Source: an uncultured Bacilli bacterium (GTDB lineage Bacteria > Bacillota_I > Bacilli_A > RF39 > UBA660). From it: a stretch of 64,000 nt of DNA. The DNA lies in contig CAKOSP010000004.1 of assembly GCA_934102335.1 (NCBI GenBank), forward strand, positions 65,474 to 129,473, given 5' to 3'. This document shows positions 8,229 to 18,821 of the stretch, one piece after another (positions within the stretch are counted from its first letter, which is position 1; every line of letters starts with the position of its first letter). Position numbers and translations under genes: made by a program. The notes below the pieces were generated by a model. That model saw only the letters and a program-made list of their open reading frames with translations. It made no database searches and was not told the origin of the DNA.

Positions 8229-11200
8229 ATGGATTTTTTAAAAGAATATTTTAAATTCGAAAATGGCTTAGAAATTAGCGGTTTAACTAAAGAGTTAAAT
8301 TGTTTTTATGTGTTAGAATTGTTAAAAAAATCCAATAATAGTGTATTAGTTGTAACTAATTCACTTTATGAAGCAAATACGTTTTTTAATTTACTACAAA
8401 CATATACTAAAGATGTATATCTTTTCCCTATGGATGATTTTTTAACGTCTGTAGTGGTAGCTGAATCGCCTGAACTTAAATTAACAAGATTAGAAACTTT
8501 AAAAAGTATTAAGTTAAATAAAGGGATTGTCGTAACTAATCTAATGGGATATTTAAGATATTTATCTAGTCCTAATAGTGAGTTAGATTTTAAATTATCT
8601 TTAGATTTAGAAATAAAAAGAGACGTTTTAATAAAAAAATTAGAGGATTTTGGATATCATAGAGAATCGGTGGTAACTTCAACTGGAGAGTATGCTGTAA
8701 GGGGTTTTATTATTGATGTTTTTTCTGTTAATGAAGACCATCCTTTTAGAATTGAGTTTTTTGGAGATGAAATTGAGTCAGTTAGATATTTTGATGAAAC
8801 TAATCAAATGACTTTAAAAGACTTAAAAGAGATTTATATTTCTTCAATTAATGAAAATGTTAATACCACTAAAAGTTCAATAATGGACTATACGAAGGGA
8901 CCAGTTGTTTTTTTTGATTATGATCAAATTAAGACTGCTTATTTAAAGCTTGCAAATGATATTTTTGAATATAAACAATCAAAAAATATTAATGAAGACT
9001 TTATGTATGATATTAATGACTTAAATCCAAATTATGTTACTTATTTAAATTTACTTTCATCTAATGTTGGCTCTCATGGATTAGTATTAAATTCTAAAGA
9101 AATTAGTAATTATAACATGAATTTTGAATTACTAAAAGACGATATTTTTAAATATAAAAAAGCTGGAAAAATAGTAAAAATTTGTTATTCTAAAACTAAA
9201 CAACTTGAAAGTTTAAAACAAAATGGTATTGAAGCGGAATTTATAAAATTTCAAATTAATCAAGGATTTATTTTAGATAAATATGTAGTAATTGGTGAAA
9301 ATGATATTGAAAATACTAAACATTTTGTTCAAAAATATAAAAATAAATATAAGTTTGGTAAAAAAATAAGTAATTATAATCAATTAGAAATTGGAGATTA
9401 TATTGTTCATATTGTGCATGGTATAGGAATATACAATGGCCTTGTTAGTTTGACTAAAAACGGTGTAGTAAAAGATTATATTCAATTACTTTTTGCGGGA
9501 AATGACAAAATTTATGTTCCTGTGGAAAAAATTACAACAATATATAAATATGGAGACAAAGATGGGGTTCCGCCTAAAATTAATAAACTTAATTCTACAA
9601 GTTGGGCCAAAACAAAAATGTATATTTCTTCAAAAATTAAAGATATTTCTGAGCAACTAATAAGACTTTATAAAGAAAGATTGTCTATTAAAAATGAACC
9701 TTATGTTCATTATCCAGAAATGGAGGTTTTCGATAAAGGGTTTGCTTATGATTTAACCAAAGATCAAAGTAAAAGTTTAAAAGATATATTTCATGATTTA
9801 GAAAGTAATCATCCCATGGATAGATTACTTTGTGGAGACGTTGGCTTTGGTAAAACTGAAGTAGCTTTTAGAGCTATGTTTGAAGCTGTTTTAAATAATA
9901 AACAAGTTATGTATTTGTGTCCAACAACTATTCTTTCAAAGCAACAATATCAAGTAGCATTAAAAAGATTTAAGGATTGGCCTTTAAATATTGCTATTTT
10001 TAATAGATTTAATACTCCAAAAGAGTCTAAGCAAGTTTTAGAAGGGCTTAAAAATGGAAAAATTGATATAGTTTTTGGAACTCATAAATTACTAGGAAAA
10101 GACGTTAGATTTAAAAATTTAGGTTTATTGGTTGTTGATGAAGAACAGCGATTTGGTGTTACTCATAAAGAAAAAATAAAAGAATTAAAAAAAGATGTAA
10201 ATGTTTTAACTTTATCAGCAACACCAATACCTAGAACATTAAAAATGGCTTTAAGTGGTATAAGGGATTTGTCAGTAATAGATACACCACCTGTTAATAG
10301 ATATCCTGTTCAAACTTATGTATTAAAAGAAGATGATTTAATTGTAAAAGACGCTATTTATAAAGAATTATCTCGTGATGGTCAGGTATTTATTTTATAT
10401 AATCATGTCGATAATATAGAAAAAATGGTAAATCGTCTCCATTTATTAGTTCCAGAAGCAAGAATTAGTTATGCGCATGGACAAATGTCTAAAGATGATT
10501 TAGATGATATAATGAATGATTTCATAGAGCATAAATTTGATATTTTGGTTTGTACAACAATTATTGAAAGTGGAATAGATATTGCCAATGTTAATACTTT
10601 AATTGTGTATGAAGCTGACCGTTTTGGACTTTCACAGTTATATCAGATTAGAGGCAGGGTTGGTAGAAGTAATAAAATAGCTTATTGTTATTTGCTTTAT
10701 AATCAGTCTAAGGTTTTAAATGAAACTGCGGTTAAAAGGTTACAAGCTATTAAGGAATTTACCGAACTAGGTAGTGGTTATAAAATTGCTATGAGAGATT
10801 TGTCTATTAGAGGAGCAGGAGATATATTTGGAGCTTCTCAAGCAGGATTTGTTGATTCAGTCGGTATAGCATTATATATGAAATTAATTGATGATGAACT
10901 TAAAAGACAAAGAGGCGAAGTTGTAAAAGATGACAATGAAGATTCTACTCAAAGTCTTTTGAATGTTGAAACTCATATAAGTGATAGTTACGTTTCGGAT
11001 GAAGATATTAAAATAGAAATACATCAAAAAATTAATGAAATTGATTCGTTAGAAAAATTTAATGATGTAAAGGCAGAATTAGAAGATCGTTTTGGTATTA
11101 TTAATGAACAAATTGAAAATTATATGTATGAAGCTTGGTTTGAGTCTTTGGCAAGAAAATATGATATTAAAACTGTAATCCAAACAGATCGTTTTGTAAA

Positions 11201-11405
11201 AGTAGAGCTTCCCGAAGAGTTATCAAGTCAAGTTGAGGGTGATAAATTATTAATTAGTGCCTTTCAAATTAATCATAATTTTAATTTGAAATATGAAAGA
11301 AATCGAATTATTATTAGTTTAAATATTAAAAATTTAGATAAACACTTTATTTATTACTTTGCAAATTTGTTAAATAATTTACCAATAAAGGCGCATAATG
11401 ATTAA
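8229..11405 (+). CDS. mfd: Transcription-repair coupling factor.
   Basis: It has a superfamily 2 helicase core (GDVGFGKTEVA, DEEQRFGV), a TRCF domain and a CarD-like domain, and follows pth as in Bacillus. Confidence 0.9.
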   Translation: MDFLKEYFKFENGLEISGLTKELNCFYVLELLKKSNNSVLVVTNSLYEANTFFNLLQTYTKDVYLFPMDDFLTSVVVAESPELKLTRLETLKSIKLNKGIVVTNLMGYLRYLSSPNSELDFKLSLDLEIKRDVLIKKLEDFGYHRESVVTSTGEYAVRGFIIDVFSVNEDHPFRIEFFGDEIESVRYFDETNQMTLKDLKEIYISSINENVNTTKSSIMDYTKGPVVFFDYDQIKTAYLKLANDIFEYKQSKNINEDFMYDINDLNPNYVTYLNLLSSNVGSHGLVLNSKEISNYNMNFELLKDDIFKYKKAGKIVKICYSKTKQLESLKQNGIEAEFIKFQINQGFILDKYVVIGENDIENTKHFVQKYKNKYKFGKKISNYNQLEIGDYIVHIVHGIGIYNGLVSLTKNGVVKDYIQLLFAGNDKIYVPVEKITTIYKYGDKDGVPPKINKLNSTSWAKTKMYISSKIKDISEQLIRLYKERLSIKNEPYVHYPEMEVFDKGFAYDLTKDQSKSLKDIFHDLESNHPMDRLLCGDVGFGKTEVAFRAMFEAVLNNKQVMYLCPTTILSKQQYQVALKRFKDWPLNIAIFNRFNTPKESKQVLEGLKNGKIDIVFGTHKLLGKDVRFKNLGLLVVDEEQRFGVTHKEKIKELKKDVNVLTLSATPIPRTLKMALSGIRDLSVIDTPPVNRYPVQTYVLKEDDLIVKDAIYKELSRDGQVFILYNHVDNIEKMVNRLHLLVPEARISYAHGQMSKDDLDDIMNDFIEHKFDILVCTTIIESGIDIANVNTLIVYEADRFGLSQLYQIRGRVGRSNKIAYCYLLYNQSKVLNETAVKRLQAIKEFTELGSGYKIAMRDLSIRGAGDIFGASQAGFVDSVGIALYMKLIDDELKRQRGEVVKDDNEDSTQSLLNVETHISDSYVSDEDIKIEIHQKINEIDSLEKFNDVKAELEDRFGIINEQIENYMYEAWFESLARKYDIKTVIQTDRFVKVELPEELSSQVEGDKLLISAFQINHNFNLKYERNRIIISLNIKNLDKHFIYYFANLLNNLPIKAHND

Positions 11406-11438
11406 TTAATTGCAAAGACTAATAATGGAGTTGGTATT

Positions 11439-11960
11439 TTGAAAAGTACTGGTGTTGTTAGAAGAATAGATGAACTTGGTCGCATTGTTATACCTAAAGA
11501 AATAAGAAAAAATCTAGGTATAAGAGAGGGCGAAAATTTAGAAATATTTATTGAAGAAAATAAAATTGTTTTACAAAAGCAAATGATAATGGATAATGCT
11601 AAACAAATAACTGAAAAGTTAGTTAATTTAGTTTTAGACATTTATGATATAAATATAATTGTAACAAATAGAGATTCTGTTGTTATTAGTACGGATAGTG
11701 ATATTAAAGTTGATGAGAAAATATCAAATAAATTAGTTAAAATTATGGAATCTAGGCAAGTTTATGATTCGTATCAAAGTGAAAATATTTTAATCACTAA
11801 TACTAAATTAAATGCATATTTTTATATGGTGCCTATAATTGTGGATGCAGATGCAATTGGTTTAATTGTTATTACTAATAATCTTAAAATTAGCGATGAA
11901 GAGAAAAAAATAATAAAATTTTTAGAAAAAATAATAAATAATTCGTTATCTATTAGTTGA
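11439..11960 (+). CDS. spoVT: Stage V sporulation protein T (AbrB-family regulator), with a TTG start.
   Basis: Its N-terminus KSTGVVRRIDELGRIVIPKEIRKNLGIREGENLEIF is near-identical in pattern to B. subtilis SpoVT. It is 173 aa with a GAF-like C-terminal half and lies after mfd as in Bacillus. Confidence 0.8.
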   Translation: MKSTGVVRRIDELGRIVIPKEIRKNLGIREGENLEIFIEENKIVLQKQMIMDNAKQITEKLVNLVLDIYDINIIVTNRDSVVISTDSDIKVDEKISNKLVKIMESRQVYDSYQSENILITNTKLNAYFYMVPIIVDADAIGLIVITNNLKISDEEKKIIKFLEKIINNSLSIS

Positions 11961-11984
11961 AATTAATAAAATTTTGTGTTATCA

Positions 11985-12192
11985 TGTATGCGATTTGGTG
12001 TTGAGGAAAAGAGTAAAATATATAGTCTTATAAAGAGAGTTAATGGTAGGTGAGAATTAACTAAGACACTATTTGAACATGAATTCTGAGGCAAATTCGA
12101 GTAATTTCGTTATAAATTAGAGTGCATGTTAAACATGAATTAAGGTGGTACCGCGGGTTAAACTCGTCCTTGCTTTAATTCATGTTTTTTTA
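11985..12192 (+). promoter_or_regulatory. T-box leader (tRNA-sensing riboswitch) of metG, probably Met-specific.
   Basis: It has the conserved T-box sequence AAGGTGGTACCGCGGG at 12142-12157. An overlapping terminator hairpin (AAACATGAATTAA...TTAATTCATGTTT) is followed by T7 at 12185-12191. A candidate AUG specifier lies near 12037. Confidence 0.8.
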
Positions 12193-12212
12193 TTAGAAAG
12201 GAAGTATTTATT

Positions 12213-13745
12213 ATGAATAAAAAATATTATATTACTACGCCAATTTATTATCCTAGTGCTAATTTTCATATCGGACATTGTTATACAACTATTATTGCGG
12301 ATGCGATAGCAAGATTTAAACGTCTTGAAGGTTATGATGTTTATTTTCAAACTGGCACAGATGAACATGGTCAAAAAATTGAAAATAAGGCTTTAGAAGT
12401 TGGAAAGACTCCAAAGGAATATGTTGATGCAATAGTTGAAAATGCTAAAGATTTATGGGCTAATTTAAATATTTCTTATGATTATTTTATAAGAACTACT
12501 GATAAAAATCATGAAATTGCTGTTCAAAAGATTTTTAAAAGATTATATGATCAAGGAGATATTTACAAAGGAGAGTACAAAGGTCTTTATTGTACTCCAT
12601 GTGAATCTTTTTGGACAGAATCTCAATTAGTTGATGGTAAGTGCCCTGATTGTGGTAGAGAGGTTAAAGAAGTTTCTGAAGAGGCTTATTTCTTTAAATT
12701 ATCTAAATATCAAGATAAAATTATGGATTATTATGAAACACATCCTGATTTTATCCAACCAGTTACTAGAAAAAATGAAATGATTAATAATTTTTTAAAG
12801 CCAGGATTAGAAGATTTGTGTGTTTCTAGAACTAGTTTTAAGTGGGGTATTCCTGTTGATTTTGATCCTAATCATGTTGTTTATGTGTGGATTGATGCTT
12901 TAACAAATTATATTACGTCACTGGGATATACTACTGAAAACGATGAAAAATTTAAAAAATATTGGCCTGCAGATCTACATTTAGTAGGAAAAGAAATTAT
13001 CAGATTTCATACGATTATATGGCCTGCAATATTAATGGCTCTTGATTTGCCGCTTCCTAAGAAAGTATTCGGTCATGGATGGTTAATAATTAATGGAGGA
13101 AAAATAAGTAAAAGTTTAGGTAATTATAAAGATCCAAGAGAATATATAAAAAGTTATGGAGTGGATGCCGTTAGATATTATGCTTTAAGAGAGGTCCCTT
13201 TTGGTAGTGATGGTGTTTTTTCAGAAGAAAATTTAATTGGAAGAATTAATAGCGATTTGGTAAATATCTTAGGAAATCTTGTTAACAGGACTATAAGTAT
13301 GGATTATAAATACTTTGATGGAATAGTACCTAAAAACCTTAAAAATGAAGCAATTGATGAAGAATTAATAAATAATGTATTAAATTTACATGAATTAATA
13401 AAATCGAAAATGGATGAGTTAAAAATTGGTGAAGCTTTGCAAGAAATATTTGAAGTATTGAGAAAGTGTAATAAGTATATAGATGATACTACTCCATGGG
13501 TTTTAGCAAAAGATGAAAATCAAAAAGATAGATTAGGACAAGTTTTATATAACTTGTTAGAATCAATAAGAATTTGTGCTGTATATTTGTCTGCATTTAT
13601 ACCAACTACTTCAGAAAAAATATTTAAACAATTAAACACAAATGTAATTGATTTAAAAAGTACTGAAACATTTGGTGGTTTAGTTTCTGATGCTTCTTTA
13701 GGTTCTCCAGAACATTTATTTGAAAGAATTGATATTAAGGATTAG
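12213..13745 (+). CDS. metG: Methionyl-tRNA synthetase, short form without the C-terminal tRNA-binding domain.
   Basis: It has the HIGH motif (ANFHIGH) and the KMSKS motif (KISKSLG). Confidence 0.9.
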   Translation: MNKKYYITTPIYYPSANFHIGHCYTTIIADAIARFKRLEGYDVYFQTGTDEHGQKIENKALEVGKTPKEYVDAIVENAKDLWANLNISYDYFIRTTDKNHEIAVQKIFKRLYDQGDIYKGEYKGLYCTPCESFWTESQLVDGKCPDCGREVKEVSEEAYFFKLSKYQDKIMDYYETHPDFIQPVTRKNEMINNFLKPGLEDLCVSRTSFKWGIPVDFDPNHVVYVWIDALTNYITSLGYTTENDEKFKKYWPADLHLVGKEIIRFHTIIWPAILMALDLPLPKKVFGHGWLIINGGKISKSLGNYKDPREYIKSYGVDAVRYYALREVPFGSDGVFSEENLIGRINSDLVNILGNLVNRTISMDYKYFDGIVPKNLKNEAIDEELINNVLNLHELIKSKMDELKIGEALQEIFEVLRKCNKYIDDTTPWVLAKDENQKDRLGQVLYNLLESIRICAVYLSAFIPTTSEKIFKQLNTNVIDLKSTETFGGLVSDASLGSPEHLFERIDIKD

Positions 13746-13788
13746 TAAAACTAATCTTTTTTTGTTATACTTTATAATGGTGGTTTTA

Positions 13789-14544
13789 ATGTTTATAGAT
13801 ACACATGCTCATGTATTTAAAGAATATTATGAAAATATAGATGATCTGATTTTAAATGCTAAAAATAATAATATAAAAATAATTATAAATGCTGGTTGTG
13901 ATCGTACTTCTAATGAAGAGGTTATTAATTTGAGTACTAAATATGATATTTTATATGCCGCAATTGGAATTCATCCAGAATCTGTATTAGATTATGATAA
14001 CGATGATCTAAATTTTATTGAAAAGCATATTTTTGATGATAAAGTCATAGCTATAGGAGAAATCGGTCTTGATTATTCTTATTCAAAAGATAATAAGCAA
14101 AAACAAATTGATTTGTTTGAAAGACAATTGTTTATTGCTCAAAAATATAATATACCTGTAGTTGTTCATAGTAGAGAGGCTACAGAAGATACTATAAATT
14201 CTTTAAAAAAATATAAAGTAAGAGGTGTTATTCATTGCTTTAGTGGTAGTTTAGAAACTGCACGTATTTATAGTAAAATGGGCTTTTATTTAGGAATTAA
14301 TGGGGTTATTACTTTTAAAAATTGTAATTTGAAAGAAGTTTACAAAAGTATTGATATAAATAAAATATTATTGGAAACTGATAGTCCATATTTAACTCCA
14401 GTTCCTTATCGTGGTAAACAAAATAGTCCTAGTCATATTATAGATATTGCTAATTTTGTTAAGGATATATACGGAGTTTCATTAGATGAACTATCAAAAA
14501 TTACCAATGAAAATGCTTATAGCCTTTTTGACAAACTTAACTAG
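13789..14544 (+). CDS. tatD: TatD-family metal-dependent DNase/hydrolase.
   Basis: Its N-terminus MFIDTHAHV is the TatD signature, and it lies after metG as in Bacillus (yabD). Confidence 0.85.
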   Translation: MFIDTHAHVFKEYYENIDDLILNAKNNNIKIIINAGCDRTSNEEVINLSTKYDILYAAIGIHPESVLDYDNDDLNFIEKHIFDDKVIAIGEIGLDYSYSKDNKQKQIDLFERQLFIAQKYNIPVVVHSREATEDTINSLKKYKVRGVIHCFSGSLETARIYSKMGFYLGINGVITFKNCNLKEVYKSIDINKILLETDSPYLTPVPYRGKQNSPSHIIDIANFVKDIYGVSLDELSKITNENAYSLFDKLN

Positions 14545-14576
14545 AAAATGATATAATGTTTACACAGAGGTTATGT

Positions 14577-15101
14577 ATGAAAAATATTAAATTTATTTTA
14601 AATATTTTTTTAATCGTTACTATGGTGTTGGTTTTGGAATCATCATCTAGTGTGAAGTTTAATAAAATAGAAAATAATAATATAAATAAAACTGTTAATT
14701 TATCTACTATGGCACTTAAAATTGAAGAAGAAGAATATTCTAAACTTTATTCAGCTAAAGATTCTTATGTAGGTGATTTAACAGGTTATGGATATGATTG
14801 TCCACTTTGTTCTGGTAAACTCGCATGTTTAAGTAATTATAATATTACAAATGGTACTGTTACATATTCTGATTCGACTTATGGTACAGTGAAAATTGTG
14901 GCTTCAAGTCAGAATTTGCCTTGTGGAACAATAATAAGATTTAACAGTTATAAATTATCAAGCGAGCCTATATTGGCTATTGTTCTTGACAGAGGTGTTT
15001 TGGGAAATGATTTAGACTTACTTTCAGAAAGTGAAGATTATGCATTTACTCATGTTGGAAGAACTTCAATCTATTACGAAGTATTAAGATTTGGTTGGTA
15101 G
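14577..15101 (+). CDS. Secreted 3D-domain protein (YabE-like, cell-wall-binding).
   Basis: It has a signal peptide and a C-terminal 3D (Asp-Asp-Asp) domain (IVLDRGVLGNDLDL). It sits in the yabE slot between tatD and rsmA. Confidence 0.6.
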   Translation: MKNIKFILNIFLIVTMVLVLESSSSVKFNKIENNNINKTVNLSTMALKIEEEEYSKLYSAKDSYVGDLTGYGYDCPLCSGKLACLSNYNITNGTVTYSDSTYGTVKIVASSQNLPCGTIIRFNSYKLSSEPILAIVLDRGVLGNDLDLLSESEDYAFTHVGRTSIYYEVLRFGW

Positions 15102-15108
15102 TTTTAGT

Positions 15109-15879
15109 ATGCAAGCAAAAAAAAAGTATGGACAAAATTTTTTGATAGATACTGATATAATTGAACAAATAGTTCATTCTTTTTTTGTATCAGAAAATGA
15201 TTTAGTTGTTGAAATAGGCCCAGGACGAGGTGCTTTAACTTCAAAATTAGTAAAAAATAATAATTATTTATTAGCTTATGAAATAGATTTGGATATGAAA
15301 AAATACTTAGATAAGTTAGAAAATTCTAAAGTTCATATTAAATACCAAGATATTTTGAATAGTGATATTAATAAAGATATTGAAAATATCAATTATACTA
15401 ATTTGTTTTTAGTGGGAAATTTGCCATATTATATTACTACTCCTATTATTGAATATATAACTAAATTACACTTGAATTTTAAATCTTTTACAATAATGGT
15501 TCAAAAAGAAGTTGCAGAACGTTTTATGGCGCTTCCTCAAAGTAAAGAGTATGGATATTTTACAGTTTTTTTAAATTACTTTTACACTATTGAATTGGTA
15601 ACGTATGTTTCTAGAAATTGTTTTAACCCTGCTCCTAAGGTTGATAGTGCAGTTATTAAGCTTATTCCTAAAGAAAATGTTTTGATTGATTATCAACAAT
15701 ATTTTGAATTTTTAAAGCAAGCTTTTAAAATGAAAAGAAAAAAATTAAAAAACAATTTAGATGAATTAACTTTTAATAAGATTTTGCCTCTATTAAAACA
15801 GTATGGTTTTGATGAAAATGTTAGAGCTGAAGAGATTTCTAGTGATTTATTTTTAAAAATGTATGATGTAATTAAATAA
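15109..15879 (+). CDS. rsmA: 16S rRNA (adenine1518/1519-N6)-dimethyltransferase.
   Basis: It has the KKYGQNFL start, a SAM-binding motif (EIGPGRGALT) and an NLPY catalytic motif. Confidence 0.9.
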   Translation: MQAKKKYGQNFLIDTDIIEQIVHSFFVSENDLVVEIGPGRGALTSKLVKNNNYLLAYEIDLDMKKYLDKLENSKVHIKYQDILNSDINKDIENINYTNLFLVGNLPYYITTPIIEYITKLHLNFKSFTIMVQKEVAERFMALPQSKEYGYFTVFLNYFYTIELVTYVSRNCFNPAPKVDSAVIKLIPKENVLIDYQQYFEFLKQAFKMKRKKLKNNLDELTFNKILPLLKQYGFDENVRAEEISSDLFLKMYDVIK

Positions 15880-15947
15880 ATGCTACCTATTGGTAGTTTT
15901 TTTGTTTTATAAGTAATTTTTTTTCATATATTTTATTGGTGGTAATA

Positions 15948-16712
15948 TTGAATATAAAAATTGGTGATTATGTCAGCAGAAATAGTTATAAAAATGATAT
16001 AGTTTTTAAGGTTATTAATATTAAAGACGGAAAGTATTATTTAAAAGGAGTAGAACTACGCCTCTTAGCTGATAGTGAGTCTTTTGATTTAAAAAAGGAG
16101 GAAAATGTCGTTGATAATTTTAATCCTTTAGAAGATTTTCTTGGTGATAGAGGAGAATATTTTTATTTGCCTGCTAAAATTTTACATATAGATGGAGATT
16201 CTGAGTATTTAGATAGATGTTTAAAATTTTATAAAAATGCTAACGTTTTTGCGGTAGGGAAAAAAATTAGTGAAGAACACATATTTGAACAAATGGAAGG
16301 TTTATTAAATGAATTTAAGCCGGATATAGTAATTATTACTGGCCATGATGCATATTATAGAAAAAAAGGGGATATACATGATATTAAGAATTATAAAAAT
16401 ACCAGCTATTTTATTAAGGCTATAAATGCTGCTAGAAAATATGAAAAAAGCCATGAAAAGTTAGTAATTATAGCTGGTGCTTGTCAAAGTAATTACGAGG
16501 CATTAATAGAGGCTGGGGCAAATTTTGCCTCCAGTCCTAAAAGGGTAAATATACATGCTTTAGATCCAGCAATAATAGCAACTACTTTAGCTCTTACTGC
16601 AAGAAATAAAGAGATTAATTTGCCTGAGCTTTTAGAAAAAACTAAATATGGAAAGGACGGAATGGGAGGATTAATATCTAATGGCCTTATGTATGTTGGA
16701 TTCCCGAGATAA
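15948..16712 (+). CDS. yabG: Sporulation-specific protease YabG, with a TTG start.
   Basis: Its N-terminus IKIGDYVSRNSYKNDIVFKVI aligns to YabG (QIGDMVARKSYQMDVLFRII), and it sits in the conserved rsmA–yabG–veg position. Confidence 0.75.
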   Translation: MNIKIGDYVSRNSYKNDIVFKVINIKDGKYYLKGVELRLLADSESFDLKKEENVVDNFNPLEDFLGDRGEYFYLPAKILHIDGDSEYLDRCLKFYKNANVFAVGKKISEEHIFEQMEGLLNEFKPDIVIITGHDAYYRKKGDIHDIKNYKNTSYFIKAINAARKYEKSHEKLVIIAGACQSNYEALIEAGANFASSPKRVNIHALDPAIIATTLALTARNKEINLPELLEKTKYGKDGMGGLISNGLMYVGFPR

Positions 16713-16928
16713 ATGAATTTAGATATAGTTAAAAATGAAATTAAAAATAATATTGGAAAATGTGTGCAAATTACAGTATACGGATTAAGAAATAAAACTT
16801 CTACTTATGTTGGAAAAATATTTGCATTGTACCCAAATATATTTTCAATTAAAACAGAAATTGGTGAAAAAAGTTTTACATATAACGATTTGATAACTGG
16901 AGAGGTTAAAATAAAATATTTAACTTAG
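16713..16928 (+). CDS. veg: Veg protein (biofilm/sporulation-associated small protein).
   Basis: It is 71 aa, starts with the MNLDIVKNEIK Veg-family N-terminus and lies after yabG. Confidence 0.75.
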   Translation: MNLDIVKNEIKNNIGKCVQITVYGLRNKTSTYVGKIFALYPNIFSIKTEIGEKSFTYNDLITGEVKIKYLT

Positions 16929-17001
16929 GTATAGACAAAGTTAAATATTTAGATTAAAATAATAGTAGATTGTGAAATCTAGGATAAGGAGTGAGTAATA
17001 T

Positions 17002-17268
17002 ATGGAAATTACATCAGTAAAAGTTCACAAAACTGAAAGAGAAGGATCTCGTATGAAAGGATATGCAACTGTTACATTAGACGATTGCTTTGTAGTACGC
17101 AATATTCGTATTATTCAAGGTGAAGATAAGTTATTTATCGCAATGCCTAGCCGTAAAGTAGCAGATGATAAATATGAGGATATAGCTCATCCAATAAATG
17201 CTGAAACAAGAAAAATGTTTGAAGATAAAATTATTGCAGAGTACGAAAATCCAACTGAAGAAGAATAA
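17002..17268 (+). CDS. spoVG: Septation protein SpoVG.
   Basis: MEITSVKVHKTEREGSRMKGYATVTLDDCFVVRNIRII is the SpoVG hallmark. Confidence 0.9.
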   Translation: MEITSVKVHKTEREGSRMKGYATVTLDDCFVVRNIRIIQGEDKLFIAMPSRKVADDKYEDIAHPINAETRKMFEDKIIAEYENPTEEE

Positions 17269-17279
17269 TAAGAAATTTT

Positions 17280-17305
17280 AGCAACTTATAAAGTTGCTTT
17301 TTTTA
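17280..17305 (+). terminator. Intrinsic terminator after spoVG (AGCAACTT-ATAA-AGTTGCT, then T7).
   Basis: Hairpin plus U-tract. Confidence 0.7.
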
Positions 17306-17358
17306 TGGAAAAAACATATATTTTTAATTTTTGGCATATGATTAATTGAGATGATTTT

Positions 17359-17637
17359 ATGGATATTTTAAATAATTGTTCACATAATGTTAAAATTTTG
17401 GACCGAAATTTAATTGAGTTAACAGGAATAAATAAAATAATTAGTTTTACTGATGAAGAGTTTCTTTTGGATTCTTGCATGGGACAAATTGTAATAAAGG
17501 GTAAAAATTTAGAAATTATGAAAATTAATACAGAAGATGGCAATACTAAAATTAAAGGTAGAATAAATTCTTTGGTTTATTTTGATAAAAATCAAAAAAA
17601 TAGAGAGGATAGTTTTATAGCTAAACTTTTTAAATAA
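17359..17637 (+). CDS. yabP: Sporulation protein YabP.
   Basis: It matches the YabP core (ELTGINKIISFTDEEFLLDSCMGQIVIKGKNLEI...GRINSLVY). Confidence 0.8.
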   Translation: MDILNNCSHNVKILDRNLIELTGINKIISFTDEEFLLDSCMGQIVIKGKNLEIMKINTEDGNTKIKGRINSLVYFDKNQKNREDSFIAKLFK

Positions 17638-17948
17638 TGGATATAACAACACAATTAATAATTTTTTTAATTTCTTTTCTGTATGGATTTATTTTAGCAA
17701 ATTTAGCTTATCTTAATTATAAATTTTTACAGAATAAAAGTAATTTTTTTAAATTCTTGGTTAACCTTGTTTTTACTTTAGATATTGTTTTTGTTTATTT
17801 AGTAATTTTATATAAAATTAATTACGGTATTTTTCATGTTTACTTTCTTATTGTTTTAAGTATAGGATTTTTAATAGGTTATAAATGTATAAAATATGTA
17901 AAAAAAGGATTGGCTTATTGCAAGATAAAATTTAAAATGATAAAATAA
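17637..17948 (+). CDS. yabQ: Spore cortex biosynthesis protein YabQ (membrane).
   Basis: It is a 103-aa multi-TM protein immediately after yabP. Confidence 0.6.
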   Translation: MDITTQLIIFLISFLYGFILANLAYLNYKFLQNKSNFFKFLVNLVFTLDIVFVYLVILYKINYGIFHVYFLIVLSIGFLIGYKCIKYVKKGLAYCKIKFKMIK

Positions 17949-17967
17949 CTTTATAGAGGGTGGAAAT

Positions 17968-18255
17968 GTGAAACATAGTAAAAAAGAAAAGAAAAGATTA
18001 GTTTTTATTTCTTTTGCAATTATGGCAGTAATAGTACTTTTAGTTACCACTGTTTATTCAGATTGGAAACAAATAATGATAAATAATAGTAAGATAGTGG
18101 CTTTAACCGAAGAATATCAAAACTTATTAGATAAAGAAAAAAGCTTAAAAAGTGAAGTTACTAAGCTTAAAGATCCTGAATATGTAGCTAGATATGCTAA
18201 AGAAAAGTTTTTATATACTTCAGATAATGAAGTAATATTAAGAACTGACAATTAA
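17968..18255 (+). CDS. divIC: Septum formation initiator (DivIC/FtsB family), with a GTG start.
   Basis: It has a single TM segment plus a coiled coil and lies after yabQ as in Bacillus. Confidence 0.6.
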   Translation: MKHSKKEKKRLVFISFAIMAVIVLLVTTVYSDWKQIMINNSKIVALTEEYQNLLDKEKSLKSEVTKLKDPEYVARYAKEKFLYTSDNEVILRTDN

Positions 18256-18821
18256 ATTATTTTATCTATTAATCCGTATTTTAGTGCTTCATCGGCATCA
18301 AAATAATTATCTCTATCGGTATCTTTAGAGATTTTTTTTATGCTTTGTCCGGTTTTTTTACTTAAAATTGAATTTATTTTAGTTTTAACTTTGTTTATTC
18401 TTTGGGCAGCAATGGTAATATCACTAGCTTGACCTTGAGCACCTCCCAGAGGTTGATGAATCATTATTTCTGTGTTTTCTAAACATTCTCTTTTGCCTTT
18501 GGTGCCACAAGCTAGTAAAAATGCTCCCATACTGGCACATAAGCCCATACCTATTGTTCTTACGTCAGACTTTATGTAGTTAATGGTGTCATATATTGCT
18601 AAGCCTGCAGTTACAGCTCCTCCGGGGGAGTTAATATATAAGTATATGTCTTCATTGTTTTGTGAATCTAAATATAATAATTCACTTATTATGATCATGC
18701 TACTTTCATCATTAATTTCTCCGTTTAAAAAAACTATTCTATCTTTTAAAAGTCTAGAATATAAATCAAAGGCATATTCTTTATTATAACTTTTTTCTAA
18801 TATTGTAGGGACAATATTCAT
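18252..18821 (-). CDS. clpP: ATP-dependent Clp protease proteolytic subunit.
   Basis: It has the catalytic Ser motif GLCASMGA, the His motif IMIHQP and a ClpP N-terminus. Confidence 0.9.
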   Translation of the reverse strand: MNIVPTILEKSYNKEYAFDLYSRLLKDRIVFLNGEINDESSMIIISELLYLDSQNNEDIYLYINSPGGAVTAGLAIYDTINYIKSDVRTIGMGLCASMGAFLLACGTKGKRECLENTEIMIHQPLGGAQGQASDITIAAQRINKVKTKINSILSKKTGQSIKKISKDTDRDNYFDADEALKYGLIDKII

